From a candidate division FCPU426 bacterium (lineage in GTDB: Bacteria > Oederibacteriota > Muellerivitia > Muellerivitales > Muellerivitaceae), in the NCBI GenBank assembly GCA_963771075.1, contig CAVYSE010000003.1:375863-439862 (forward strand): a stretch of DNA of 64,000 nt, in the 5' to 3' direction. This document shows, piece after piece, positions 47,362-58,523 of this stretch. The position numbers were made by a program, and so were the translations under genes. The stretch's first letter is position 1. Every line of letters begins with the position of its first letter. The notes under the pieces are model-generated. The model had not been told where the DNA came from, ran no database searches, and worked only from the letters and a program-made list of their open reading frames with translations.

Positions 47362-47535
47362 TTAAACCTTAACCTTGGAAAATTTAGTCTTGAGCTTTTT
47401 AGGCGAATCAGATGAGGCTTCCTTCTGGGTTTTGATTCGTTCCAAAAGAACGGCGGCGGGTTCGTCTTTGGGGTCTTGGGGGACCAATTCCCCACGGAAA
47501 GCTTTGGCCAGGACGGATTGGGTGAGTTTGTCGAA
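47362..47535 (-). pseudogene. C-terminal remnant of a type I restriction-modification specificity subunit (HsdS)
   Basis: DKLTQSVLAKAFRGELVPQDPKDEPAAVLLERIK signature. Confidence 0.8.
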
Positions 47536-47759
47536 GGACCCGCGTTGGATAAAAGTGATGGTAAGCATAAATCCCCGAATAATATAATAGAAGCTACAGT
47601 CCTAATATAAGTGCATTTTAACAGCTGGAACAGGAAAGAAAATTCAACTCTGTACGTTTGGGATGACCTCAACCCTCACGAATGGGATTGGGTTCCTACT
47701 TCAAATGCAACACTTGGCCGGGAAGGGGTCTACTTGGTTAAGGGTAGGGGCTTCGGAGC

Positions 47760-48325
47760 CTAGCCAGCCTCTTTAAAAAGTTTTAACTTATCCGAATAAA
47801 ACTTGCGAAGGGAAATGAGCTGGTCCTCTGTTAATGCCTCTTTAATACCAAGAGTTTTAGTCCGAGACTTATATTTAGCCAGGGCCTTCCCGACCTTCTC
47901 AAGCACAGTCAATTGGTCAGCTTCGAGGATCTTTGTGCGCCAATAGATGAAGCTTTTGATGGGGTAACTATTCTCAAATTGAGGCGCGGAAGGATTAGGA
48001 GACCGAGGCAAAAGAGTAGATTTGTAATTCGAGAATAGTTTACTGAAGTCCTTCAAAAACTCTTCAAATTCTTGGATTTTCTGATCTTTACCACCCAGGT
48101 GATATGCAATGAAGTCGGTACGCGCAAAAGCCGCAACGAAATCCCTGCTACCATCGGTCCTTCTGGGAAGGAACCACCAAATGCTAGGCCCTTCGCCAAA
48201 ATCTATAAAAACTGGAGCATCACTGTCGGCCCACTCCCGCAGAATTGGGCACTTATCAGTGTAAATATTAAACACATTCTGATTCGGGAAGACCCGGACA
48301 CCAGAATTTAATGCATCAATAAATT
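47760..48325 (-). pseudogene. 3' part of a gene (possibly CoiA-like) truncated by IS66
   Basis: Frame open up to the IS66 edge; ILREWADSDAPVFIDFG. Confidence 0.45.
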
Positions 48326-48350
48326 GTAAGCGTCCTGTCAGGCCATATGT

Positions 48351-50078
48351 TTAGTGAGGGGCAAGCATGGTAGGCGTTTTTTCGGTGGAATCTGGTCGGG
48401 CAGTCTGGAAGACCGGCGTTTCCGGAACGGGGCCGAGGACGTAGGTGGCGGGCAACAGTTCTCGGATATGGCTCATGGGGTGGGTTTTCACCCGGCTGAT
48501 AATGTCGCGAAGATAAAAGTAAGGATCAATTTTGTGGCGCTTGCAGGAAGCCACCAGGCTGTAGAGGATGGCCGCCCACCCGCCGCCCGCAACGCTCCCC
48601 GCGAACAGCCAGTTCTTGCGGCCCACCGCCACACACCGAAGTGCCCTCTCCGCCGCGTTGTTGTCGATGTTCAAATCGCCGTCTTCTACATACCGGTTCA
48701 AGGCGTCCCATTGGTTAAACACATAAGTCAAGGCCTCACCGAAGGGGCTCTTGGGTAAGGTCACGAGCGCCTGGGTGTCCAACCACTCTTTGAAGGCCTC
48801 CAAGATCGGTTTGGATTTCTCGGCCCTCAAGGCCTGCCACCCGGCGGTATCCAGCGTCTTTTCGTCCGCCTCCCACTCCACCTCGTAGAGTTTTCGAATG
48901 AAAGCCATGGCCATCTTGGAGCGGCTCTTGTCCGACACCTTGGCTTCGTTGAATTTCCTTCGGGCGTGCGCCCAACAAGCCACTTCCACCGCCTTTTCGG
49001 GCTTGAACATGCAGTCATACCCCGTGTAGGCATCCGCCTGGAGATACCCCTTCCAATCGCCCAGGAAAGCCTTCGGGTGCTCCGCCCGCCTATTTTCCGT
49101 GAACTCATAGACAATGTTCGCGTGGGTCTCGTCGCCCACGTAGGTCCACAGGCGGCCTGTCTTCGCCTTACTATGTTTATCTTCCTCTTCGTCCCTTTGC
49201 CCCACCGATCCCGGGGGCTCTGAGGCTCCCGGCGGGGCGCCGTCGTCCAGGTATGGCACCGGCGTATCGTCCGTGTGGATCACCTTGGATTCCAGCACGT
49301 CCTGTTTCATGGCCTCGTACAAGGGTTCCAACAATCCCGCCACTGCTCCCACCCAGCCACACAAGGTGGAACGGCTTATTTCCAGGCCCCCTCTTTCAAA
49401 TATTTCCGCTTGGCGGTAAAGCGGCAGGTGATCTGCGTATTTCGCCGTTACCACCTGGGCCAGCAACCCAGGACCCGCGATGCAACGCTCGATGGGCCTC
49501 ACCGGCGCCTCACTGGTCACCGGGGCATTCTTACAGCAGGAACAGGCCCATTTTTCCAGGACATCCTGGCGGATATAGGTGACCGCCGGGATGTGTTCCA
49601 GGGTGTTTCGCACGTCCTCGCCCATCTTCGTCAGGGGTTTTTGGCATTCCAGGCAGGTCTTCTTGTCCTCGCTCAGGGGGTGTTCCACCCGCAAGATGGG
49701 CAGGTTCTCGGGCGGCTTGTTTCGCCCATGGCCCTTCTTCCTCGTGTAGGTCAGCGTTTCGGTTTCTTCTTGGGGCTTTTGGGCTGCGGTCATCTGCCCC
49801 AACCGTTCTTCGATCTCTTTGAGAAAAATCGACAGTTGGGCATCGTTGAATTGTTCGGACTTGCGACCGTACCGACTTTTTGCGGCCAAGTAGAGTTGGT
49901 GCCGCAGGCGTTCAATGGTTTCACCCTGATCCTTCAAGGTTTCGAAAAGACTTAGGACGAGGGATTTTAGGGAAGCGGAATCATCAGGAAGGGTTTTTAA
50001 ATCGGGAAGAGTAAGAGGAGAGGTTGGCATCGCTCTTTGAGACGCACCAACCTCTCCCGAAGTTTCAAACAACTTCAA
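48351..50078 (-). CDS. tnpC: IS66 transposase TnpC
   Basis: Near-identical to 22929..24656. Confidence 0.95.
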   Translation of the reverse strand: MKLFETSGEVGASQRAMPTSPLTLPDLKTLPDDSASLKSLVLSLFETLKDQGETIERLRHQLYLAAKSRYGRKSEQFNDAQLSIFLKEIEERLGQMTAAQKPQEETETLTYTRKKGHGRNKPPENLPILRVEHPLSEDKKTCLECQKPLTKMGEDVRNTLEHIPAVTYIRQDVLEKWACSCCKNAPVTSEAPVRPIERCIAGPGLLAQVVTAKYADHLPLYRQAEIFERGGLEISRSTLCGWVGAVAGLLEPLYEAMKQDVLESKVIHTDDTPVPYLDDGAPPGASEPPGSVGQRDEEEDKHSKAKTGRLWTYVGDETHANIVYEFTENRRAEHPKAFLGDWKGYLQADAYTGYDCMFKPEKAVEVACWAHARRKFNEAKVSDKSRSKMAMAFIRKLYEVEWEADEKTLDTAGWQALRAEKSKPILEAFKEWLDTQALVTLPKSPFGEALTYVFNQWDALNRYVEDGDLNIDNNAAERALRCVAVGRKNWLFAGSVAGGGWAAILYSLVASCKRHKIDPYFYLRDIISRVKTHPMSHIRELLPATYVLGPVPETPVFQTARPDSTEKTPTMLAPH

Positions 50079-50088
50079 AAATTCTTCA

Positions 50089-50463
50089 TCACGCCATCAC
50101 CGGTTGGGGTTTGTGCGACAGGCCCAGGCTAAACCGTTTGCGCCTCTGTACTCTCGCCAGGCTGATTCCCTCGATGAGCATCGAAAGCTCCGCCGGGCTC
50201 ATCTCCACGCACGTTCCTTCACCTTGGCGCATCTCGAAGGTCCCGGCTTCCAGGCGCTTGTACCACAGGCACAACCCATCCCCGCCCCAGTACAACACCT
50301 TCAGCCGGTCCCCCCGCCGGTTGCGGAACACGAACAGGTGCCCACTCAAAGGGTCTTGCCTCATCACCTCACCGGCCAGGGCCGACAGGCCGTCAAACCC
50401 CTTGCGCATGTCCGCCGCTCTCGTACACACAAATACTCGGATGCCCGCCGAGAGGGTCAGCAC
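50089..50463 (-). CDS. tnpB: IS66 TnpB
   Basis: Near-identical to 24667..25041. Confidence 0.95.
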   Translation of the reverse strand: MLTLSAGIRVFVCTRAADMRKGFDGLSALAGEVMRQDPLSGHLFVFRNRRGDRLKVLYWGGDGLCLWYKRLEAGTFEMRQGEGTCVEMSPAELSMLIEGISLARVQRRKRFSLGLSHKPQPVMA

Positions 50464-50792
50464 GCCTTTTCCTCCAGGGCTCGGACCAATTCAGCCAACG
50501 CCGGGGCGGGCATTTCCCGGTACAGCCTCAAAACCCGGCCGTTCAAAAGGGTCAATTCCACAACCGGATGGGTTTCGCCACCCGCAGTCACTACTGAAAC
50601 GGGCAGGAAGGCCTGGCGACCCCGAACCACAGGGCTCTGGGGACCGGCCAACCGTCTTTTCCAGGCGTAAAAGCTTGGCGGGCTGATCCGACTTTTACGG
50701 CAATAGGCCGATCCGCTCAGGCCACTACGCTTCCAGGCCCGCAAAACCTCCTCCCACCGCTTTTTATTCCGGAATTTGCTCTGCTTCGCCAT
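50457..50792 (-). CDS. tnpA: IS66 TnpA
   Basis: Identical protein to 25035..25370. Confidence 0.9.
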   Translation of the reverse strand: MAKQSKFRNKKRWEEVLRAWKRSGLSGSAYCRKSRISPPSFYAWKRRLAGPQSPVVRGRQAFLPVSVVTAGGETHPVVELTLLNGRVLRLYREMPAPALAELVRALEEKAC

Positions 50793-53351
50793 GGTTTTCC
50801 TCCCTAGACAAGATTGGTCTCCATGGTGGTTTCTACGGGAGGGTGGCAGGATTGGCTAGATGGTGCAACAAGACGCTTACGGGTCTCGCCCCAATCAATA
50901 CAAAATACAAAGGTCGCAAAAAACGTTTGGAATGGTTCTTTGGAACCATTTCGCTAAATGGCGAGAAGATGAAGGTCGGCGGATGGAATATACCTCTCAA
51001 GCAACCCACAGGCCTCACAAATTCTGGTTTCATCAGTCTCGGTAGACTGCTTGGACGTTTTCTGTAGACCATCTAGTTAAGTAGAGAATACCTTCCCCTA
51101 ACTTCGGCCACCTTCGGTGATCCTCGACACTCTCTCCCCTCTGTGGGCTTACGTCACAAACCCATATTTCAAGCTTAAAGCCACATGCTAGACAAACCCT
51201 AGTACCTGGGTAGAATCGAAGCTGATTAATAGAAATATTCATCGAATAAAAAAGATAAGTCGAACATTAACAAATAAAACTTTTAAGTTTATGGTTTTTG
51301 AGAGAAGGGTTCATGCCTGATATAGAAATTGAATACCAATTTTTCCCGTTAGGTGCAAAGCTTCCTGAAAATCCTAAGGAAGATGAGATTTGGATTAATT
51401 TAGGTGACAGAATTGCACCTCGGATTATCGATCACCACGGAGGCAGTGAAAAATATTGGAGTTGCTCTCAGATCGTTCAAGAGCGCCAACGAGAATTGAT
51501 TATTGATCCCTTTCAAAGTCGTAGTAAGGCCATATTAATATTGAGATCGCAAATTGATATCGATGCAGTTTTCTCTGCATGGTTAATCACCCAAATCCTT
51601 AAACATAGAACCGTTCTTGAGCCTGATAAATCTTTAATGAAAATGCTTGATGCGGTTAATGATAACGAGCAGGGTTATACCCGTTTTGTAGACGCAGTCC
51701 GGAGTTGGGCCACCGTCATGAAAGCATCGGTTTTCACTTTTAATAATGGAGATAGCATACTAAAAGAAGGGTTTAAATTTTTGGATCGAAGCTACCGTTT
51801 TTTGTGCGATGGAATGAATCTCGAGGAAGTATCAGAAACCATCTGTACCAAAAACATCAGAATTGCCTTGTCAACTGCCCACAATACTTATTTAGAAGAT
51901 CTTTCTCGCTCTACTCGATTTCAATTAAGACTTCCTTTGCGAAATTTTGAGATTACCGAGGATAAGGAGGACATCATTGATGATCTCGGTTCTTGGAAAT
52001 GGGGTGTAGCTGACGCTGTTTTTCTCCGTGAACCTCAGAGCATACTTTTCAAAGAATTTGCGAGAAACGACCACGAACATAGTTTGCAAGGTAACGGGTT
52101 TGCTTTGATGGTGGTCTCGAGAAAAGTGCATAGCGAGCTAAATGGATCATCAATGTATCATCATGTCATCAGTACCGATCCTTGGTCAGGATTCCATTTG
52201 CGTGGGTTGGGCGAAACTCTTGAGGCACTAGAACAAGATAAAGAGATACGGGAAAACCTCCCCCTCCATTCTGGAAGAGAGAGGGTGGAATTTGGTAAAG
52301 GACGTCATGGATCGAATGTCGCTTCTCCTTGGTATGACGGTAGAGGTCATCACTACACGATCATTGATTCGCCTGCTATTTCGGTCGAGACACAAGCAAT
52401 ATACGCCTCAAATCTTCTTCCAGAAGAAGTGCTCAACGCGTTGTGGAATCATGGAGACCCTTCCCGGTTTATGAATGTCGAAGAAGCGCAACTGACCGTT
52501 TATATTCCTCTTAAATCGGATGTGATTTTATCAGGAAAAAGTGAACCAATTATCCCAAAAACCGATAGATTGATGAAGGAAATGATGGTTCCAGCTCGAA
52601 GCATGTTGGAAGAAATTATTTACCGCCCATCAACACTTGAGCGGCAAAGAATTGATAATCTTGAATACATAACTGACGAAATATGGACGATAGAACCAAA
52701 GAAGGCAGTTTCTGTTTCCCGTTTTGAAATTAAGAATATCAAAACCATATACGATCTTCTGGTAACACTTCACAATATGTCGCTCACAAGCCTAATCGAT
52801 ATTCTTCCAAATAAACTTTTGGATTCTAATAAATCCCCTTCTTTTTTAATTTCATGCCGACTCAAAACCCAAAATGTCAACTTGATTGAAGAAGAAGGGC
52901 TTACGAGAGAAACCCTATCACGTTTGACAAAGATCGCCGACAATCATTTTTCCGATAGGTGTGGGACACATGAACAAATTGATATGTTGACGGCTATTTC
53001 TCAGGATGAGCAACACGCATTATTTGTTGGTGAGAAATGCGCTGTTCAGATATCAGTTGGAGAAAAATCTTTTTCTCAGGAGAATGGCTTCTATTCTCCT
53101 GAGAATATCGCCATTGTTCAGGGGGTTGTATTGTTACAAAACACGATTCTAGAGGAACTTTATAGTCAATTCGTAACCCATCGAAATCACCGGAATCCGT
53201 GGAAGGTCGGAGACATGGTGTTGAAAGACAGGGTAAAATTAATTGATTATGAACAGAAATACGCGTTCAAACGTTTGACCCATGATGATTTTGGACAACA
53301 GATTTACGACATATTTTCACGCAAGAATCAAATTACCAACCACCTTCAGGA

Positions 53352-54709
53352 CCCCGCGTCAAGAATTTGGGTGTAAATTTTCACGGGCGTCTTAATCAAG
53401 CGGCTTGAGCTTCTGCCTCCTTCCTTGAGGTGTGGACTTTAAGCCTATCCCATCTTTCTTGTTGGGCCTCGGCCACTGCCCAGACCAATTTAGTCAGTTC
53501 CAATTCATTCTGCATCATCCCCGCCGGCCTCAGCCTTCTCCTGAGCTCCAGGTTGAACCTCTCGATGAGGTTGCTGGAACGAGTAATCAGCCAGTACTTT
53601 GGTTTTTCCCCAAAGAATCGGGTGTAAGCCTCGAATTTTTCCTCCGTCATCTCCACCGCCTTGGGATATGTCCTGGACCACCTGGTCTTGAGGCTTCCCA
53701 AAGCTATCAAGGCTTTTTCCCGGCTTTCGGCCCAGTACACTGCCTTGAAATCGGCCATAAAAGCCTTTTGGTCCTTCCAGGCCACCCGGAAACGGACGTT
53801 CTTCATTTTGTGCACCACGCACAGTTGGTGGGTAACTCCCAAACGTTTTTCGACCGCCGCGATAATCCCGCCATGCGCGTCGGAGACCACCAGCCTCAAG
53901 GTTTGGCGGTCCAATCCTCGGTTCAACAGGTCTTCTACCATGGTTGTCCAGGAAGCTTCACTCTCCCGGTCGCCTACCAGATATCCCAGAAAATGCCGTT
54001 TGAGATTCCCATCCACCCCGATAGCCACCAGCAAGGCTTGTTTCACGCCAGCCTCTTGACGCCTGACTGTCAGGTAAAGCGCATCCAGGTACAGGTATCG
54101 GATCCCTTCGGGTAATGGCCGCTTCTCCCATTCCCGCAACGTGGGTTCCAAGGCGTTGGTCATCTGGCTGATGTGGCTGGCCGTCCATTTCGTTCCAAAG
54201 GCCTCGTTCATCCCCGCCGCTACCGACCGGGTGGAAGCCCCTTTCAGCCAGAAATTCATTCCCAGGTAACCCATCAGGGCTTGGCTGCCTTCCCTCAAGG
54301 CTTTCAAAGTCTCGGAAACGAACCCTTTGCCCTTCCTCAAAACTGGTTTTCTCAATTCCAATCGGCCTAAAAATCCAGGCACGAAAACCTGCTTGAAACC
54401 ATTACGGTAACGGGGTTTTTCCTGTCTTTCGTAGGGTTGGCTACCCAAGAACTCGTCCCGTTCCTTCTCCAATTGGGTATTGAAAGCCTCGGAAAGCTGC
54501 TGGTTGAGAGCCTCGCCGACCCATTGGCCGATCTGTCGGCTTCCGACCGCCGACTTGACCATGGCTTGGGTTTTCTCCCTTGCCAAGGCCTCTAAGGCTA
54601 GGTGTATATTCTTCATGGGCGTAACGTCCTTTCACAAAAGGGATATGGTGTCGTGAACAAACACCATGTTACGCCCGCTTCTTTTTACACCCTTAAATTT
54701 TACGCGGCC
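53352..54709 (-). mobile_element. IS256-family insertion sequence
   Basis: Imperfect IRs (CCGCGT..GGGTGTAAA) and a flanking direct repeat CTTCAGGA (up to 10 bp CCTTCAGGAC). Confidence 0.9.
53396..54616 (-). CDS. IS256 (mutator-type) transposase
   Basis: YRNG, YLYLDA, LVVSDAH, QLCVVH and SSNLIERFN. Confidence 0.93.
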   Translation of the reverse strand: MKNIHLALEALAREKTQAMVKSAVGSRQIGQWVGEALNQQLSEAFNTQLEKERDEFLGSQPYERQEKPRYRNGFKQVFVPGFLGRLELRKPVLRKGKGFVSETLKALREGSQALMGYLGMNFWLKGASTRSVAAGMNEAFGTKWTASHISQMTNALEPTLREWEKRPLPEGIRYLYLDALYLTVRRQEAGVKQALLVAIGVDGNLKRHFLGYLVGDRESEASWTTMVEDLLNRGLDRQTLRLVVSDAHGGIIAAVEKRLGVTHQLCVVHKMKNVRFRVAWKDQKAFMADFKAVYWAESREKALIALGSLKTRWSRTYPKAVEMTEEKFEAYTRFFGEKPKYWLITRSSNLIERFNLELRRRLRPAGMMQNELELTKLVWAVAEAQQERWDRLKVHTSRKEAEAQAA

Positions 54710-55105
54710 CTTCAGGACGCCAAGACTATGATTGAATCCCTTTCCGAACATTTTAAAGATGTTCGATCAGCATTTTATGAACAAGTTGCGTTTTGGATCA
54801 CTGTGATTTTTGCCCCTCTAGTTATGACTACAGCCTTGTTCGGGGGCTCACAGTCGGAAAAAGCTTTTATTAGAGACCGATTACCTTTATTCCCTATCAA
54901 TTACGAACCCGTTGGTTGGATTCAATTCGGAATATGTTGGTTTTTATTTACTATAATAATTATTGGAATTTGGCTGTTGCTTGATCAAATGATGAATAAA
55001 CAAAGAAAATTTGGCTCTTTATAATTGCTTATATTATGGAAATCCTTTTCGATCATTAATTTCATTATTGGTTTTTTAGCAATATTTCTTCACTAGGAGA
55101 CATTT

Positions 55106-58100
55106 ATGTTGAAAGACGTAGAACTGGTCGAAAGGCTTAAAAAGGGTCCAGCTGTTTTATTTTTAGGTCAGAGATATTTGGCATTAGAATCCGGAAGTGA
55201 TTCTCTGCTAAAAGAAGTTCTTCGTAAATATCCACCTCCTCTAAATAATCAAACGACCGGTTATAGTCAAATATTGAATCGGAATTTTGAAAATGCTGGC
55301 AAATCCGGCTTAGCTTGGGCAGACGAACTTTGCAAAAAGTTTTCCCCACCTGAATGGTTGAAAACAGTTTCTTCTTACCCATGGAATGCAGTTTTTGCCT
55401 CTTCAATTGATTCGATTTGGCCTGCATGTTTTCGAAATGAATGGAGAGTTATAAGCCCCATATTTGAAGAAAATACGATCCCATTAGATTCACGTAATCA
55501 ATTAAATTTGCACTGTACTTTTCTTTTTGGTTCAGTTAACAGAACAAATGAAGAAGAGCGACCACCATTATCTATATTTGAATTGATGAAAAAAAAACAA
55601 GTTGCAGTATCTCTTGGACGCCGTCTGGCAGATATTTTAACACCTTGGGGGACCTTTTTTATAGAAGGGCATTCAGGATCAGACGATTGGTTTTCCTTAT
55701 CGGATCTATTACCAATTATTGATTTGCTGAACGAACACCAAACACACATATTCAGTATAACGGAAGAATTTGCGTCGAATCCTCTTGTGAAAATGTTAAT
55801 AGATAATAATAAGATTCAACTTCACCAAAATAGCCTTGCCAACTTCCTCATCGAAGCAAACGGGAATGGATATATTAATCTTGGTGAATCACCCGAAAAT
55901 ATAGGTTCAGGCCGAAGAATATATATTGAAAAAAAGCCAGTTTCGCTTCCAAAAGACAACCTTCAAAATATTTCCAGATCTGCGAATATTCTTGATGAAA
56001 CAACACTAAAACCCCCTCCCCCAATGTCTGAGGAAGCAACATATCGAGAATTCTTAAGATTTCTATCAGCTGTTGGAAAGCCGCGCTGGTCGGATTTTGC
56101 CAGGGGTTTTGCCTTTAAACGTGAATATCAAGAAAAACTTGAAAAAGTTGTAAAACGTTGCCTTGAATCTAAAAGACTTGGTGATGAGCAAATTATTCTT
56201 CATGGACAATCTGGTTCCGGAAAGACTGTTTCTCTTGAACAATTAGCTTTTGATATATGCAAAGAGAAAAAATATCCAGTTTTATTTATTGAACGTTCAG
56301 TCCAAAGACCTAACCCATCAGAATTAAGAGAATTTTGTAAATGGGCTGATGAGTCCGGTGCAACATCGTGTCTAATCATTTGGGATGGCATGCTTGCCCC
56401 AAAAGAATATAACGATCTTTTACGATACTTGACAGGGCGAGGGCGACCGGTAGTTTTAGTTGGAAGTTCCTATGTTATTAACGAACCCAGATTAATTTCA
56501 GATCCTAACTATATACCTGCCCCAACAAAACTATCTGTATATGAGCGAGGACAATTTTTAGAATTTCTCAAAAAGTTTTACTCATCTTTTTCAGAAATGC
56601 AAAGCTTTATGGTAGCTGATGACTTTTTAGTCGCGTTATACAGATTATTACCAAATACCCGATCAAATATTAAAGACGGTCTTATCCTGGAAATAAGCAA
56701 AGCCGAATCTAGTTTAACGGGAGAAAACCGTCCCATTGAATTGTTAAAAACATCTATTTTGGCGAGAGCTCTATTTGCTGCAGGATTGATCCCTGACTTT
56801 CCAATAATAAATGATGTGAACATTGTTGTTAATGAAGAAACAATGACCGAAGCTCAAAAATTAACGGGGCTTATTATGGTTGCTGGTCGTTTTGGTTTAA
56901 CTATCCCATTTGAACTTTTGTTGCGTGCTCTCGGGAAAAATGCCTATTCAAAATTACCGGAACTCTTTAACAATCAGGACATATTCCGTTGGAAAAGTGA
57001 TCATCTTGGTAATATTGAGGTAGGCCCACGTAACTCACTTGAAGCAGATATTATTGTCAGTGCGCGACTTGGTGGTCCGCAAATGGAAGTATCTTTTGCG
57101 AAGGAACTTTTAATCGAAGTTAAAGCTAGTGGCCATTTCACGGGAGACCGTGAGGTAAACTTTGCCGTAGATTTACTTAGGGCTATGTCAGCTAAAGGAG
57201 AATTAAGCAAAAGTTATTCACCTTACTACTATGATTTAGCAAAAATTCTTCGTCAATTAAGGGAAGAAAGAAGTTTTGAAAATCCGCGTATTATGCTGCA
57301 AGAAGCACATTTATTAAGACTATGGGTTACCAATAAGGAGAAGAGGGCGGAAGGAGTAAATCAATCTGATGAAGCACTTGATCAAGCTGAAGAGGTTCTC
57401 AACCGTGCACTTGAGCTAACAGAGGGAGATGAAAAGTGGCGAGACATCAGAAGTCATTTATTAGTTGAACTCGCATCAACGATGAGTTTTAAAGCTCAAA
57501 GATTACTAGAAAGTAATAAAACATTGGGCAATGCCCTTTCAATATTCCGAACGGTACGTCGCTTACTTGCTGATGCTCGAATGGCTGATCCTAGAAATTT
57601 ATACTCTCCCGATAGACTTTCTAGAATAGCACCTATCTTTATAAACTCTGGAACCCTACCACCCGATGAAAAGGCCGAAACAATAGCGGAAGTTCTTTAT
57701 GCCTTTCAGGTTGCTAGTGCTGAAGAACTCGAACCAAGTGAAAGAGACCATTTGGATGGAAATCGACTATCTTTCGCACAACTTGTAAATATCAATTCTC
57801 TTGCAGATGAAGCGTTTGATGCATTGGCTGCACGAGGTTCCTGCGCAGGTTACTACTTGCGAGCATTACATATGTCCGGTATTCAAAATACAGTGATACA
57901 AACAGCAACCGGTGATTTCACTCAACAAATAAATGCTTTCCAATACCTCCAAAAAAACATTGCCCTGATCAATAAGGACGTTGCCTGTCTTGAACTGTAT
58001 TTTGATCTATGGTGGATTGTAAAAGCTAAAACAAAGCCTTTTCAAATTGAACGGTTATGTCCTCCTTTTACCGAAAATGACTGGAAAGAATGTTTGAAGA

Positions 58101-58516
58101 TAATTGATGATTTAGAAAAAACCGGACAACCCTCCAGACCATTGCGCCTCTCTTTTTTGAAAGGGCTTGCGCAGTTTCACCTAGGATTCGTTGATGTCGC
58201 TATACGGAATTTTCATGACGTCTATATTGAAGCATTAGGTTTACATGGTCGCTGGCGAATAATTAATAGTTTTATTGCAAGCAATCCCGACGGTACCCCT
58301 AAAAAATATCACGGGGATATTGCTGAAATATTAGAAAATGGGAGAAGAGGCATAGTTTATGTGGATGAGTTAAGAAAGGAAATTAAATTCATAACAGCAA
58401 ACTTTGGAAGAATGGATTTCGTCAAAAGAGATGCTCTTCCAGAATTTCATATTTCGTTTAACTTTTTAGGACCCATTGCGGAACCTGTATCGTATTACCA
58501 ATTACCTAGGTTGTAA
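55106..58516 (+). CDS. Large P-loop NTPase (STAND-like): degenerate SIR2-like N-terminus, Walker A/B, helical/TPR region, C-terminal OB/cold-shock-like fold
   Basis: AVLFLG..PWNAVFASSID..FLFGSV; GQSGSGKT; CLIIWDG; C-terminal GIVYVDE..FHISFNFLGPIA. Confidence 0.7.
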   Translation: MLKDVELVERLKKGPAVLFLGQRYLALESGSDSLLKEVLRKYPPPLNNQTTGYSQILNRNFENAGKSGLAWADELCKKFSPPEWLKTVSSYPWNAVFASSIDSIWPACFRNEWRVISPIFEENTIPLDSRNQLNLHCTFLFGSVNRTNEEERPPLSIFELMKKKQVAVSLGRRLADILTPWGTFFIEGHSGSDDWFSLSDLLPIIDLLNEHQTHIFSITEEFASNPLVKMLIDNNKIQLHQNSLANFLIEANGNGYINLGESPENIGSGRRIYIEKKPVSLPKDNLQNISRSANILDETTLKPPPPMSEEATYREFLRFLSAVGKPRWSDFARGFAFKREYQEKLEKVVKRCLESKRLGDEQIILHGQSGSGKTVSLEQLAFDICKEKKYPVLFIERSVQRPNPSELREFCKWADESGATSCLIIWDGMLAPKEYNDLLRYLTGRGRPVVLVGSSYVINEPRLISDPNYIPAPTKLSVYERGQFLEFLKKFYSSFSEMQSFMVADDFLVALYRLLPNTRSNIKDGLILEISKAESSLTGENRPIELLKTSILARALFAAGLIPDFPIINDVNIVVNEETMTEAQKLTGLIMVAGRFGLTIPFELLLRALGKNAYSKLPELFNNQDIFRWKSDHLGNIEVGPRNSLEADIIVSARLGGPQMEVSFAKELLIEVKASGHFTGDREVNFAVDLLRAMSAKGELSKSYSPYYYDLAKILRQLREERSFENPRIMLQEAHLLRLWVTNKEKRAEGVNQSDEALDQAEEVLNRALELTEGDEKWRDIRSHLLVELASTMSFKAQRLLESNKTLGNALSIFRTVRRLLADARMADPRNLYSPDRLSRIAPIFINSGTLPPDEKAETIAEVLYAFQVASAEELEPSERDHLDGNRLSFAQLVNINSLADEAFDALAARGSCAGYYLRALHMSGIQNTVIQTATGDFTQQINAFQYLQKNIALINKDVACLELYFDLWWIVKAKTKPFQIERLCPPFTENDWKECLKIIDDLEKTGQPSRPLRLSFLKGLAQFHLGFVDVAIRNFHDVYIEALGLHGRWRIINSFIASNPDGTPKKYHGDIAEILENGRRGIVYVDELRKEIKFITANFGRMDFVKRDALPEFHISFNFLGPIAEPVSYYQLPRL

Positions 58517-58523
58517 CTCAGTC

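Larger units (their letters stand above)
48326..50880 (-). mobile_element. IS66-family insertion sequence, copy 2 (2555 bp)
   Basis: Same termini and genes as copy 1, with a few SNPs. Confidence 0.95.
51313..55024 (+). pseudogene. DHH/NrN-like phosphoesterase fused to a CorA-like 2-TM domain, interrupted by IS256
   Basis: N-terminal IIDHHGG and DIDAV motifs. Removing the IS and one repeat copy gives in-frame ..ITNHLQDAKTMIE.. and a C-terminus WITVIFAPLVMTTALFG plus a second TM. Confidence 0.7.

Noticed and set aside
50881..51242. 5' half of the gene truncated at 48325
   Set aside because: No matching target duplication and no convincing continuing frame.
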